Source of the DNA: a virus
DNA: 64,000 nucleotides
Reading direction: 5' to 3' (one strand)
IMG/VR virus record: IMGVR_UViG_3300045007_000107
Coordinates: 1 to 64,000 of that record
Part shown: positions 19,191 through 29,036 of the stretch, one piece after another
How positions within the stretch are numbered: position 1 is the first letter of the stretch
Layout: every line of letters starts with the position of its first letter
The notes under the pieces: model-generated
What the model saw: only the letters and a program-made list of their open reading frames with translations
Told to the model about the DNA's origin: nothing
Database searches by the model: none
Translations under genes and position numbers: made by a program

Positions 19191-20474
19191 ATGCCCGACA
19201 CCGACGATGACAAACCGACGTTCGAACCGTTGCACCCGGCATTCGTGGGCGAAGCGGACGTGCTCGCCTACTCGGCGCACGCCAAGCGCGACCTAGACGG
19301 CAAGCGGTATCGCGTCAACCTCACCCACAACACCTGCGCCTGCCCGAAGGGTCAAGCCTGGGAGTGGCACAACACGCAGGAGCGGTGGGTTCCCTTCCAA
19401 TACTGCTCGCACAAGCTGCGTGCCATGGCTGAGATTGTCGATCTCAACGAGCGGCCCATGGACATGCTGTGGGCCTACATCAAAGCACTCGCTTCGCGCT
19501 ACAACAAGTACGAGGTCGTCAGCGCCTTCCACAAGGAGCTTCGGCGCGGGGCGGTCGAGCAAGCGGTCTTTTGGGGTTCCGTGCTCATGACGAGCCGGGG
19601 CCAAAAGGGCGTCTACAAGTACCTGCTCAATATCCTCTACGAGGAAACGCGCGACCATACGCTCGGCGCCCACATCCTCGAAAGGTGCATCGACAAGGAC
19701 AAGCAGAGCTACGAGGACTTGTGCCGCTGCATCGCTCTCTTCTGCCGCAGCAAAAAGAAATGGGAGCTTCCGCACCGCATCACCTATCTCGAAGGCGAGA
19801 TGCGCGGCTACGCCAAGCTTGTCAATGAGTTTGGTCGCGACGTTGCCAAGGGCGGCGACATCGTCTCGGAACGCTTCCGTAACAAGCTCGACGCGTCGAT
19901 GTTCAAGGGTATGGCGGACGGTGACCTCACCCTCTTCCAGTACGGCCTCAAGGGTCTGCAAAAGTCCAAGACGGCCAACATCGACAAGCTGCGTGCAGAC
20001 ATCTGCAACCGGCTGCTCATCCAGGCACGCAAGAGCGATCCACAAATCGGCATCGCGATGGAGGCGTTTCTCGCAAGGCGCGCGTCCCACGGTTTCGGTC
20101 TCGGCTACCACGAGCTAAACGCCCTCGGGGATCTTCTCACGGGCGAACCCTATGCGCCGGGCTGCACGACTGCGGAAGCGATACAGCGGGCCTATACGGA
20201 CCCCGCCCCGCCCCTACGTCTCGGGGTTACGCCGGTTATTCCGGTATACGCCCAGGACAATCACACTTGGGCCGGCAAAGCCCTCATTCGCCGGTACCCT
20301 ACGGAATGGCTCCCCAAGGCCGATCAGCAGCATTTCGACCTGCGGCTTTGCGGTGCCTACATCGGTGTCGTTTGGCGACACCTCGCACAAAAGCAGTTCG
20401 AGGACATCACCTGCGAGTGGCGTTCCCCGGATTGGCCTAAATGGGCTCTCGTCGTTCAGCAACTCTGGTATTGA
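19191..20474 (+). CDS. SWIM zinc finger + RarA/MgsA C-terminal-like protein
   Basis: CACP..YCSH SWIM; YEVVSAFHKELRRG..A.FW; IPVYAQDNHT..GK; promoter TTGACG-N17-TATGTC at 19112. Confidence 0.65.
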   Translation: MPDTDDDKPTFEPLHPAFVGEADVLAYSAHAKRDLDGKRYRVNLTHNTCACPKGQAWEWHNTQERWVPFQYCSHKLRAMAEIVDLNERPMDMLWAYIKALASRYNKYEVVSAFHKELRRGAVEQAVFWGSVLMTSRGQKGVYKYLLNILYEETRDHTLGAHILERCIDKDKQSYEDLCRCIALFCRSKKKWELPHRITYLEGEMRGYAKLVNEFGRDVAKGGDIVSERFRNKLDASMFKGMADGDLTLFQYGLKGLQKSKTANIDKLRADICNRLLIQARKSDPQIGIAMEAFLARRASHGFGLGYHELNALGDLLTGEPYAPGCTTAEAIQRAYTDPAPPLRLGVTPVIPVYAQDNHTWAGKALIRRYPTEWLPKADQQHFDLRLCGAYIGVVWRHLAQKQFEDITCEWRSPDWPKWALVVQQLWY

Positions 20475-20476
20475 TC

Positions 20477-20872
20477 ATGGCCGCACCCTCTCGGATCTAC
20501 TATGACCAGCAGCTTCGGCGCAATGCCGACGAACACATCGAGGTGCCCTTCGCTCATATAGCGACAGGCAACATCTCACAGGACGACCAAGCTGCGATCC
20601 CGAAGCTCGTGGACCCTTATGGTCTGCTCGCCGTAGGGGACGGGTACGTCAGCATCACCGATGGTCTTTGCAGCCGTCTGCACGCGAAACGGTGGGCTCG
20701 TCAATTCGGGTTTCTCATCGTCTCACGCGGGCGCGGGCAATACCGGGCACGGATCAACGGGCACTCATACGTTTACGCCCCCACGGAGCGCGAAGCGGCC
20801 CTTTTAGCCGGTTTGCAAGTCCTGCGGGAAGCCAGCATCGCCGTTCTTAACCAAGCGGGAACCATGCACTAA
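20477..20872 (+). CDS. hypothetical protein
   Basis: ORF fills gap in + strand operon. Confidence 0.65.
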   Translation: MAAPSRIYYDQQLRRNADEHIEVPFAHIATGNISQDDQAAIPKLVDPYGLLAVGDGYVSITDGLCSRLHAKRWARQFGFLIVSRGRGQYRARINGHSYVYAPTEREAALLAGLQVLREASIAVLNQAGTMH

Positions 20873-20887
20873 ACACGGAGCGAGGAA

Positions 20888-21298
20888 ATGCCGATAACAT
20901 CAAGGTTCAACGGCAATGGCGTAGCGGACGTGCGGGGCCGCTACCTCTTGCCGGGACCGATCTATGGGTTATTCGACAAGGCGCCGCCCATAGGTAACGT
21001 GTACACGCGTCGCGATTGGCGGCTAGAGTACGCCCGGTCCTACTACCGGCGCCAGGAGCTAGACGATCTTTGGTATTGGGTGCTCCCCGCCTTTACCAAC
21101 TACTACAGTGACCCACGAACGCGCGTTATCGTGATCGGCCACATTCTGCTCTGTGGCCTATCGGAGGAAACCCCCCTGGAAGTGGCGCGCTCGCGCCGTC
21201 TCTTCTCAGCCTCCCCCGAAGAACGCGTTAACCGTTACCACGAACTCCACAGGGTCATGTCCCGATGCCCGTCAGGCTCATCCGCCGTATCGGCGTAA
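20888..21298 (+). CDS. hypothetical protein
   Basis: RBS GAGGA. Confidence 0.65.
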   Translation: MPITSRFNGNGVADVRGRYLLPGPIYGLFDKAPPIGNVYTRRDWRLEYARSYYRRQELDDLWYWVLPAFTNYYSDPRTRVIVIGHILLCGLSEETPLEVARSRRLFSASPEERVNRYHELHRVMSRCPSGSSAVSA

Positions 21299-21888
21299 TC
21301 CAGCCCACCCCTCCCCAAGAACAGGAGCCGGCAGTCCCCGCTGCCGCTCCCCCTCCTCCCGTACTGGCTGGCGTTGGAACGCTCGGGCACGCCTTTCAGT
21401 CTCTCGGCGAAGCCGCCGCTCGCCTGATGGTTTCACCCGAGTTTCGTCGTCTAGCTTTCGCCTCGGCGTATGGTATGTCGAGCCTTCGTGCCAATCAGAT
21501 GGTGCAGAGGGCGGCCCCCGTTTTGCCGGACTCTTTACGTCCATACGTTGATCTTGAAGCTTCTTCATTTAGCCTCGACTCCCTCGTCCATGTAGGGATC
21601 GACTATGCCGGGGTCGAAGCCCGTGCGATGTTCTTCGATGAGATCACCCCGCGAGGACTGTTCTATCGTTCGCCACCTCCACCGCGCAGGGACGCTCGAC
21701 TAGAGGCCAAGCTGGCAGAGGTTCCGGTTCGTTGCACCAGCGGGCTCGATGATGACGTGTTTCGGTTCAAGCCTGTCGTCCTGCCGGAACAGAAAGTGAG
21801 CGATGCCGTTGAGCGCGTGGCACACCGCGAGCGAGCCCGCATCATGCGAGTAGGCGCCGATGCGTTACCGTTCCAGCGGCTCAGGTAG
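21265..21888 (+). CDS. RRIG-tag protein
   Basis: Starts MPVRLIRRIG + Pro-rich linker. Confidence 0.7.
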   Translation: MPVRLIRRIGVIQPTPPQEQEPAVPAAAPPPPVLAGVGTLGHAFQSLGEAAARLMVSPEFRRLAFASAYGMSSLRANQMVQRAAPVLPDSLRPYVDLEASSFSLDSLVHVGIDYAGVEARAMFFDEITPRGLFYRSPPPPRRDARLEAKLAEVPVRCTSGLDDDVFRFKPVVLPEQKVSDAVERVAHRERARIMRVGADALPFQRLR

Positions 21889-22120
21889 AAGGCGAATAGT
21901 AAATGGAAAACTGGCGCTTACAGTTGGAATAGTAAATGGATTAGGCCCTGGGTAGGTGGGGTAAGAGCCTCGCGTAGACCCTGTACGTGTACAACTGGAA
22001 TGGGTGTTCTGTTCCGGTGTATGGGAGTCCTTGGAGTAAGACTGACGTAATCAGCTTGTGCCGTAGCAGGGTTTACGATTTACTCGATAACGGGCCGTGC
22101 GGGCCTAGCGGAGCTTTGCA

Positions 22121-22378
22121 ATGTCTGTTACCATCACTCGTGCGAACGTCAACGAACTGCTCGACAAGCGTGTCATCGAAGTGGCGATGCGGTCGGGCAA
22201 ATGGTGGGAGATCCGGCGTAACGGGAAAACCAAAACGTGGAAGAAGGATGCCTCGCGCATCTGCATCCCGTTCAAGTACGGGTTCCGGGGGTGTTCTCAG
22301 ATCACGGAGACGGACTTCCGCGAGGACGGGACGCTCGACCCGACGCAGTACAGGGTCCGAGAGAGCTACAAGGGCTAG
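22121..22378 (+). CDS. early hypothetical protein
   Basis: GUGCG leader hairpin + CGGAG RBS; followed by terminator-like stem 22383-22413. Confidence 0.8.
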   Translation: MSVTITRANVNELLDKRVIEVAMRSGKWWEIRRNGKTKTWKKDASRICIPFKYGFRGCSQITETDFREDGTLDPTQYRVRESYKG

Positions 22379-22442
22379 GACTAAGGGGCGGGCCAGTAAC
22401 CCGCCCTTCTTCTTGCAGACGGCTGCACGCGGGGTTACGATA

Positions 22443-22691
22443 ATGGCAGCAGACCATAGCACGCACACGGTGCTGTTCGAAGACGGCGGTAAGATCGTAT
22501 TCATTCCGCGCGGTAAGTACGTTCACATGGAAGTGACGGACAAGACCGGCAAAACCATCCTCGTACGTGCAAGTGAGAAAGAGGCGCGCAGATGCGTAAC
22601 CCCGATCAAAAAGACAGCGTTCGCGGTGGAAACGAACAAGCACCGATTGGCAAGGGAGTCAATCTCGCCAATCTCCGACCGATCGAGTTAG
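22443..22691 (+). CDS. hypothetical protein
   Basis: 3' part of ORF 21987..22691. Confidence 0.55.
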   Translation: MAADHSTHTVLFEDGGKIVFIPRGKYVHMEVTDKTGKTILVRASEKEARRCVTPIKKTAFAVETNKHRLARESISPISDRSS

Positions 22692-23179
22692 GGGTCGCGG
22701 TCAACCTCTGCCTGTTCACGATGAAGGACCTCCCCACCTTCACGCAGAGCGAGGGCGGCAAAAAGATCCAGGGACTTTACGCGGGTCTCGCGCGCGAACT
22801 GTTGCAAGGCTATACCAACCCGGCCTCAGCCCGCCTTGTGCGTGACCGGATCGCGACGGAGTGCAAGCATCTGCTCACCCTCGTCTCGCCCGAGGAGTAC
22901 AACCCCACCCAGCGGTTCAACATCACCGCCAAGTTCTTCGATGATGCGGCCAAGGCCCTCGGCTGGCACGACAGCTTCTCGCGGTCTGTGCGCGCGGTGC
23001 TATTGGTTAATCGCACCTTTACGCAGGAGCAAAAATCGGTCTTGCAACTTGCAGGGTCGCCCAATATAAACGACCTAGCCATCGACGCGGGCGCGGTAAC
23101 GCTCATGGTTGGGGCCAAGGCACGCGGGTTGTTTTCGTCGGTTGACAAGCTCCCCGTTTTGTCTCAGGCTTCTCGTTAG
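22592..23179 (+). CDS. hypothetical protein (start uncertain)
   Basis: ORF with phage-like codon bias. Confidence 0.65.
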   Translation: MRNPDQKDSVRGGNEQAPIGKGVNLANLRPIELGVAVNLCLFTMKDLPTFTQSEGGKKIQGLYAGLARELLQGYTNPASARLVRDRIATECKHLLTLVSPEEYNPTQRFNITAKFFDDAAKALGWHDSFSRSVRAVLLVNRTFTQEQKSVLQLAGSPNINDLAIDAGAVTLMVGAKARGLFSSVDKLPVLSQASR

Positions 23180-23737
23180 GAATTCGGTTTGCGGTGGCTG
23201 GTTTGCTCCGATTACCAGTCATCGCCGCCGGGGGTAGCGAAGGTGGGGACCGCACTCCCTTCCCGTCGCCAAGACCCCCGGCGCAACTATCCCTAGGTTG
23301 GTCGGAGCCTAGGGTGACCCGGCCGGCATCCCGCCGGTCAACGCGAGGGTAGTCGTCAATGAACATTCTGCGGAATGTTAATCCACCGTTCTTCTGACGA
23401 TCAGGGCCTATGCGGCGGCCCCTAGGGGTTGCCTAGATACTGGATAGGAAGAGGCGACAGTCGTTAGACGACGGCCCATCTCATAGCTAGAGAGGCGCAC
23501 TAGCCCGCCTACCGGGAACGGCACGAGGCATTGACGGTGATACAACCCGAGCCTATGACTGCCCCCGACAATAGGATAGCTTCTGGCCCGGAGGAAGTTA
23601 CGTCTGTATGTGCTGAACCTTAGCAGAGTTATCCTTTGCGGTTCGTCGTTGAGCGGTTCGGCTAACACCCTGCGGAGAGTGGGCTCCGGCAAGACTGTAA
23701 CTTCCTCCCCCGCCGGCCTCTAGGCCGGTTTTATTTT
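23180..23737 (+). ncRNA. candidate large structured non-coding RNA (~550 nt)
   Basis: No + strand ORF; TTGACA-N17-CAGGCT at 23142; many G-U-containing stems, c(UGCG)g tetraloop, 12-bp long-range helix; terminator at 3' end. Confidence 0.75.
23713..23737 (+). terminator. intrinsic terminator
   Basis: CCGGCC-TCTA-GGCCGG-TTTTATTTT. Confidence 0.85.
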
Positions 23738-23740
23738 GCC

Positions 23741-23768
23741 TTGCATTACAAAGAAACTCGTATATAAT
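23741..23768 (+). promoter_or_regulatory. sigma70-type promoter with the palindromic site over its predicted start
   Basis: TTGCAT-N16-TATAAT; TGCAGCCGTCTGCA at 23776. Confidence 0.7.
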
Positions 23769-23802
23769 ACCCTCTTGCAGCCGTCTGCACGGGGTACCTC
23801 TA

Positions 23803-23874
23803 ATGAAGAATTTTGTCGCCTTTGTCTTCTGGTCTATGATCGCGGTTACTGCGGTAATACTGGTGTTCTCATGA
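23803..23874 (+). CDS. 23-aa membrane peptide
   Basis: MKNFVAFVFWSMIAVTAVILVFS; ATGA overlap with next gene. Confidence 0.5.
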   Translation: MKNFVAFVFWSMIAVTAVILVFS

Positions 23875-24401
23875 GACGACTGATACGCACACCCGGCCAG
23901 CGCCTCCCGCCTGACAAGCGGGCGGAACGCAAGGCAAGCATCCTAGGAGATCGCCCCACCGAACCCCCGCAGTACATGGCGGATGTTCGGTGGGGCGAAG
24001 CCGTTGCGGAGGTCGGTCAGGTCAACACCGGCTGCATGTCCAACGGCCTGCATTATGTAGTGCTCAACGATGCGTTGCTTCGCAAGTTCCACCTGTCGAA
24101 GCCCTCGCAGTGCCAACTCATGCTGATGGTACAAGGCGCCGGTCTACACGCCTGCGAGAACACGCAAGAGATGGTTCACCGGTTCACGGTGTTCAACGAC
24201 AGTCGGCACCACCAGCGCGACGGCTACCTCTGGTACCCCGACATGATCGACATGCCGGCGGCCATCGGCGGCGAGATAGGCAGTCGCTATACCGCCGTCG
24301 CATCCGTAAGGTATGAACGATGCTCGTTCACTCCATGGGGCGAGCGGGTATATTTCCAGCCACGCCACGGCGTCATCTATCTAGGGTATGCCTACCGATG
24401 A
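23871..24401 (+). CDS. RRIG-tag-like protein
   Basis: MRRLIRTPG start. Confidence 0.7.
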   Translation: MRRLIRTPGQRLPPDKRAERKASILGDRPTEPPQYMADVRWGEAVAEVGQVNTGCMSNGLHYVVLNDALLRKFHLSKPSQCQLMLMVQGAGLHACENTQEMVHRFTVFNDSRHHQRDGYLWYPDMIDMPAAIGGEIGSRYTAVASVRYERCSFTPWGERVYFQPRHGVIYLGYAYR

Positions 24402-24829
24402 GACGGATGATCAAGCGCATAGGTACGGAAGCGGTTAGCTACGACACGGCGGTCTATGAGTGCCGTGTCTGTGGCGACACCCGCACGATGCTTGGCCTGT
24501 CAAAGGACGCGGTGCATCTCAAGACGCCCCGCTGCGACGGCCTGCCTATGGAGCAAGTCGCGTACAACGCGGACAAGCCGGCCGAACGAGTTCCGCTAGA
24601 GTATAAGCAGAGGCTCGCCTCGGGTACACGGCTCTGGTGCTTGATCCACCGCGAAAAGGGCGACCCGACGAAGCATGATCACGCCGGGCGTAGCCCCAAG
24701 CTCGCTGACAAGGGGTACAAGTATAAGCCTAGCCCCCACGTCGCGGGTAACGAGGACTTCGAGGATCTCTACCTGATGTATGTGGCGGCCAACCCCGGCA
24801 CCGAGCAAGAAGACAAGGAAGCCCCATGA
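24398..24829 (+). CDS. RRIG-tag protein with zinc ribbon
   Basis: MRRMIKRIG; YECRVCG. Confidence 0.7.
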   Translation: MRRMIKRIGTEAVSYDTAVYECRVCGDTRTMLGLSKDAVHLKTPRCDGLPMEQVAYNADKPAERVPLEYKQRLASGTRLWCLIHREKGDPTKHDHAGRSPKLADKGYKYKPSPHVAGNEDFEDLYLMYVAANPGTEQEDKEAP

Positions 24830-25161
24830 GCCAGATCGACATCAAGACCCTCGCCGAGTTCAAGCGGTTCCTCGCCCTCCCCGGCGCGACAGTGCAGATC
24901 GTGCAGCACGACAGTATGCTGCCTATCAATAGGGACGATCCCGAGGCTGTCGCCAAGCGCGAGGCGTTCTTGAAACCTCGTACCGTGGCAAAGGTGCGGA
25001 GCAACACTGTGCAGTTCATCAACGGGTCGTGGCTCCGCCACAAGGCGGCCAGCCATTACCGGTTTCACGGCAACCGGGTGACGATCGATCTCAAGGAAGA
25101 TGGGTCGTTTAGCAAGGTCATGGTCTATGAATGCAGCATCATGGAAGGCGCAAATAACTAG
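24826..25161 (+). CDS. hypothetical protein
   Basis: RBS AAGGA, ATGA overlap. Confidence 0.75.
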   Translation: MSQIDIKTLAEFKRFLALPGATVQIVQHDSMLPINRDDPEAVAKREAFLKPRTVAKVRSNTVQFINGSWLRHKAASHYRFHGNRVTIDLKEDGSFSKVMVYECSIMEGANN

Positions 25162-25223
25162 CCTTGCAGACGGCTGCACGCTATCGTCGCTCTCGGACCC
25201 GTGCGGGGTCCGGGAGCTTTTTA

Positions 25224-25526
25224 ATGGCTAAACGCACCGTCTTTGACGACATCGCCCGGCTCAAGCTCAAGCATGGGCGGGATCGTTCACTAGCCCGGTC
25301 CTTCCCCGACCTGTCCTGCAAGCCCGGTGCACCTTCGCTAAGCGACGGTTTCGCCCCCATCACGGATAACCGGGCTAAAACCTTAGCCGACCGGTTCCGC
25401 AACGAGGAAAAGCGGGTAGCGGATGAGATCGCGGCCAAAGCCTCGCGCATTCGTCCTCACTACAACAAGGGTGCGTATCAGTACGCCACCGATGACGTAA
25501 GCCCTATCGGGATCTATAGGAAATAA
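25224..25526 (+). CDS. early hypothetical protein
   Basis: GUGCG leader hairpin; C-terminal YNKGAYQY. Confidence 0.75.
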   Translation: MAKRTVFDDIARLKLKHGRDRSLARSFPDLSCKPGAPSLSDGFAPITDNRAKTLADRFRNEEKRVADEIAAKASRIRPHYNKGAYQYATDDVSPIGIYRK

Positions 25527-25697
25527 CATGAATACGCTTAGACTTTACGGCCCGTTCACCATCGACCACGGCCCCGTGGACCATGATCGAGGCGACTATG
25601 AGTCCGGCACGTACGTTGTGGTATACTATCACGAGGACTCGGGCGCTGGTACGCGAAACGAGTCCGTTCGCATGTGGTGGTTCCCGTAGGAGAGAAC

Positions 25698-25952
25698 ATG
25701 GCTAAGCAAGACAGAGTACCGCTCGCTCCCGTTATCGACAGCTACGAGGCGCGGGATCGTAAGGGCAAACCCGTTGTCATCGGCTCCACTGGTTACGCGG
25801 ATAACGCGACTGATATTAGGTTCGTGGTCAGCGCGATCATCTTCCGCACCAGCGGAGTCCTGTTCGAGTGCAACTACTTCCACCAGGGCATCCACTACAC
25901 GCTTAACGTTGAGTCGTGGCGCTTCACTGGCAACGGTTACGAACGCGACTAG
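25698..25952 (+). CDS. hypothetical protein
   Basis: RBS AGGAGA. Confidence 0.7.
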   Translation: MAKQDRVPLAPVIDSYEARDRKGKPVVIGSTGYADNATDIRFVVSAIIFRTSGVLFECNYFHQGIHYTLNVESWRFTGNGYERD

Positions 25953-26045
25953 CCTTGCAGACGGATGCAATATGCTTGCGTCGGGGGAGACCCCGGCGCA
26001 TTCTGCGTCTACGGCCCGTGCGGGGTCGCAACCGGAGCAACAGTT

Positions 26046-26393
26046 ATGGGTCTCATCGCGTACATCATGAAACACAAGGGTACGGATTGCTCCAACGGGG
26101 GCCTGTCTTCGCGACACGATGAAGTGACCATCGTGAACGCCGATGGGCCGTTCGATCCGACCGAGGACCGCCCGGCTGTCATTCTCGTGGCCCGTGCGCC
26201 TGTCGGTACGCGCCAGATCCTCACCGCCTATCCTGCGGTGCATCAGGGTGGCAAGTGGGTCAAAGACCCGCGCTGGCTCATGATGGGAGGCACCTACATC
26301 TCGTGCTCGGACAGCCGCTTCGGTGAGTTGTGCAACCGGCTTGGCGTGCCGTTCTATGGCGCCGTTGCCCTCCACGACCGGTACGAGGGTTGA
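26046..26393 (+). CDS. early hypothetical protein
   Basis: GUGCG leader hairpin; DCSNGGLSS...MMGG..DSRF..LHDRYE. Confidence 0.8.
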   Translation: MGLIAYIMKHKGTDCSNGGLSSRHDEVTIVNADGPFDPTEDRPAVILVARAPVGTRQILTAYPAVHQGGKWVKDPRWLMMGGTYISCSDSRFGELCNRLGVPFYGAVALHDRYEG

Positions 26394-26396
26394 TCC

Positions 26397-26705
26397 ATGG
26401 CACGACGGGTAACGACCAAAGAGATCGAAGCTGTCTTCGGTCTTGTCTGCCGCGAGATGGGGTGGTCTCGCGAAGTTCTCCGCCCGGCTACTGCGGGCGG
26501 CCACGATTGGATTGTTGGGTCGGTGCTTATCGACAACAATCCCACCTATGGCGGTCGTCAAGTCGAGATGGTCACCAGCGACACGGGCTCCACCCGCGCG
26601 CTCACCCCCTACCGCCTCAAGCCGGCTGAATTCGAGATATGGTGCCGAGGCGTCCTCTTAGCGAAGGAATACTCCCGTGGTAAAGACAACTCGCGAGCAG
26701 CGTGA
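26397..26705 (+). CDS. hypothetical protein
   Basis: Operonic ORF. Confidence 0.7.
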   Translation: MARRVTTKEIEAVFGLVCREMGWSREVLRPATAGGHDWIVGSVLIDNNPTYGGRQVEMVTSDTGSTRALTPYRLKPAEFEIWCRGVLLAKEYSRGKDNSRAA

Positions 26706-26862
26706 AGCGATCAAACGTGCCTATGATTGCGCCAGGGGCGACATGACCTATCGCGAGTTCCGCAAGAAGGTCACGCCTACCTTCGGGTGCGATGGCGCGG
26801 TCACTGTCCCCTGGTGCGGCTTTTGGCTCTGTATCGAGCGCGACGGCTATACCCATTCCTGA
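26677..26862 (+). CDS. small hypothetical protein
   Basis: RBS AAGGA; ends WLCIERDGYTHS; terminator-like stem 26871-26898. Confidence 0.7.
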   Translation: MVKTTREQREAIKRAYDCARGDMTYREFRKKVTPTFGCDGAVTVPWCGFWLCIERDGYTHS

Positions 26863-26916
26863 TAGAGTTCGCCGGGGGCACTTCGTCCCCGGCATTTTCG
26901 CGAGAAAGGTAATGCG

Positions 26917-27372
26917 ATGATCACCGACGACCAGAAACAGGCCATGCTCGGCCACATGCTCAAACTCAACAGTCCAGACCGTGACGAGGCCAACGCGGCT
27001 GTCGATGGTATTCGTGAGATCCTCGATGAAATCGATTTGCGGCAACCGCCCATCGCCAAGCAGAAGGCCGATGCACGAGCGCAGCGTACGGTCTGGATCG
27101 ATAGCTGCGGAGAGAAGTACGCGGCCTACGACGACGAGGGTAAGGTTATACCCGATACCCTTGCAGCCAGTGTGGGGGACGTTGACCGTATAGTCAGCGT
27201 TATGTCGATCCCTGATGGTCACTTGGAGCACGTCCAAGCTATCGCTATAATGGCTCCCGCCGGTTGGGCGGGCCTGCGTATGAAAGGTCGTCCTCAGACA
27301 GATACTTCCGCCGTGCAGCCGTCTGCAAGACCCAAGCGTAGAATGCGCGCGGGTAACAACGAGGAAAGCTAA
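26917..27372 (+). CDS. hypothetical protein
   Basis: RBS GAAAGG. Confidence 0.7.
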   Translation: MITDDQKQAMLGHMLKLNSPDRDEANAAVDGIREILDEIDLRQPPIAKQKADARAQRTVWIDSCGEKYAAYDDEGKVIPDTLAASVGDVDRIVSVMSIPDGHLEHVQAIAIMAPAGWAGLRMKGRPQTDTSAVQPSARPKRRMRAGNNEES

Positions 27373-27698
27373 TGATCGCCTCCGAAATGCAATCTATCCT
27401 GGCGGTGCTCTACGAGTATAAGGGCACCTGTCTGACTATCGCCGCGTTACTTCTCGCACGGTACTACATCAAGTGGTCATAGCCCAATGAGCGGCGTCGA
27501 AAATCTAGCGCGGTGGTACACCAGGGCCGATGACACGGACAAGCGTGAGGGCGCCCTGGCCTATCCCCGATATCACCGCGTGATGCAGGGCCTCGCCGAC
27601 TTGTGGAAGACAATGGTCGATCCCGAGAGCATTAAACCTTACCCGTTGATAGCTAAACGTGATACAGTTGAGGCAGCACCTCAATAAGGCACGCCCAC

Positions 27699-28241
27699 AT
27701 GCCCCGATTTCTTCGAAGAATTGGACGCCTCTACAGCAAAGAAGCGTCGGCGCAAGAGCCCGACCCACAGACCCAACGCATGATCGCTGACCCGTCTGCG
27801 CCGGGGTGTGATACGTGTCGGTTCATGTCGAGCATGACCCACCGTTGCCTCAATCGCAACAGCCCCTACTATAGGCGACCCGTAGGGGTGGACGATGCTA
27901 TGACGTGCCGCTTCCACTTGAGCGGAGACCGTGATCGGCGCACACAGCAGTTCGTGGATCAGTTTGCAGAGTCCTTGGTCGCGCAGACCCCCGCATTTCC
28001 CGCCGGTGAGACGCCCGTCGATCACTTACGCAGTATGCGAGCGATGGACGCGCTGTTGACGCCGGGCGCGGTACAGGGTGGTCATAATGGCTGTTTCTCT
28101 TGTGCCTACAACACGCGGCGATCCGAAGGTGTCGGCTACCAGGGATGTCACTATCCCGGCAGTCAAATGGACCTCGATCCACTGGACGACGGGCTGCGCT
28201 GTCCCGAATGGACACGTGCGCCCGACGCTGAACCTAGGTAG
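27699..28241 (+). CDS. RRIG-tag protein, two 4-Cys domains
   Basis: MPRFLRRIG; CDTC..C..C and CFSC..C..CPEW. Confidence 0.75.
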   Translation: MPRFLRRIGRLYSKEASAQEPDPQTQRMIADPSAPGCDTCRFMSSMTHRCLNRNSPYYRRPVGVDDAMTCRFHLSGDRDRRTQQFVDQFAESLVAQTPAFPAGETPVDHLRSMRAMDALLTPGAVQGGHNGCFSCAYNTRRSEGVGYQGCHYPGSQMDLDPLDDGLRCPEWTRAPDAEPR

Positions 28242-28324
28242 CGGAAAATAGCTTGTGCGCGTGACGGCTTCTGCTACCTTGCAACCGGGCGACCGTGCGG
28301 CGCCCTATACGGAGCAAAGGGACA

Positions 28325-29011
28325 ATGGCTAAGGATCACATCATCGTTATGGTCGAGAGCCTGCCGGCTCGCCCGCAATTCGAGGCGGCGAAGAACGCCC
28401 CCAAGGGTCGGGTTTTCGGCAGCTACACCCACACTCTGCGCGAGGACGGTGAGCACGACGAGATCGACAACCCCGAAGTCTGTACGATGCCGGAACTCTG
28501 TGCGCGTCTGCTCAACGAGGGCGGCAAGGGTATTATTTTCGTGCCCTATACCCACCATACCGAGGGTGATGTTCACTTCTGCATCGTCGTAGCGGGCATC
28601 ACGCGCGAGCAGGAGGCGCAAGCCCGTATCGAGGAAGAGATCCACCGCCTCACCCGCAAGAGTATGCTGATCGGCGGCCTCTTCGGCGCCTTATTCGGCA
28701 GCGACCGAGCCGAGGACGGCGACGGTACCCTTTCCGGCCGTGCGGCCATCAAGAAACACACCGAGGCGCTGACGCCGGGGAGCAAGATCGTAGTCATGCC
28801 GGCCAACTATCGCGGCAACGATCCCGAGCAACGTGTAGAAGTTCCGTACGCGACCTACAACCGCCTCATGGAACTCGAAATGATCGACCCCTGCCCGGTT
28901 TGCACCCTGCGCGAGGATCGGCTTGTCTGCCATACCGAAGACGACTATACTATGGAGGATGTCCTGCGCATCGTCCGCGAGCCGATCCCGAACGCCTCGC
29001 CGAAGCTGTAG
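28325..29011 (+). CDS. early hypothetical protein
   Basis: Promoter TTGTGC-N16-TACCTT, leader hairpin, RBS. Confidence 0.8.
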   Translation: MAKDHIIVMVESLPARPQFEAAKNAPKGRVFGSYTHTLREDGEHDEIDNPEVCTMPELCARLLNEGGKGIIFVPYTHHTEGDVHFCIVVAGITREQEAQARIEEEIHRLTRKSMLIGGLFGALFGSDRAEDGDGTLSGRAAIKKHTEALTPGSKIVVMPANYRGNDPEQRVEVPYATYNRLMELEMIDPCPVCTLREDRLVCHTEDDYTMEDVLRIVREPIPNASPKL

Positions 29012-29036
29012 TACGTTTTCCTCCCTAGACTATTAA

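Noticed and set aside
23394-23460. Hammerhead ribozyme (CTGACGA)
   Set aside because: No stem II followed by GAAA; the segment pairs with 23353-23358 instead
23636-23665. tRNA (GGTTCG twice)
   Set aside because: No cloverleaf, T-loop consensus or acceptor stem; better read as UUCG-type loops
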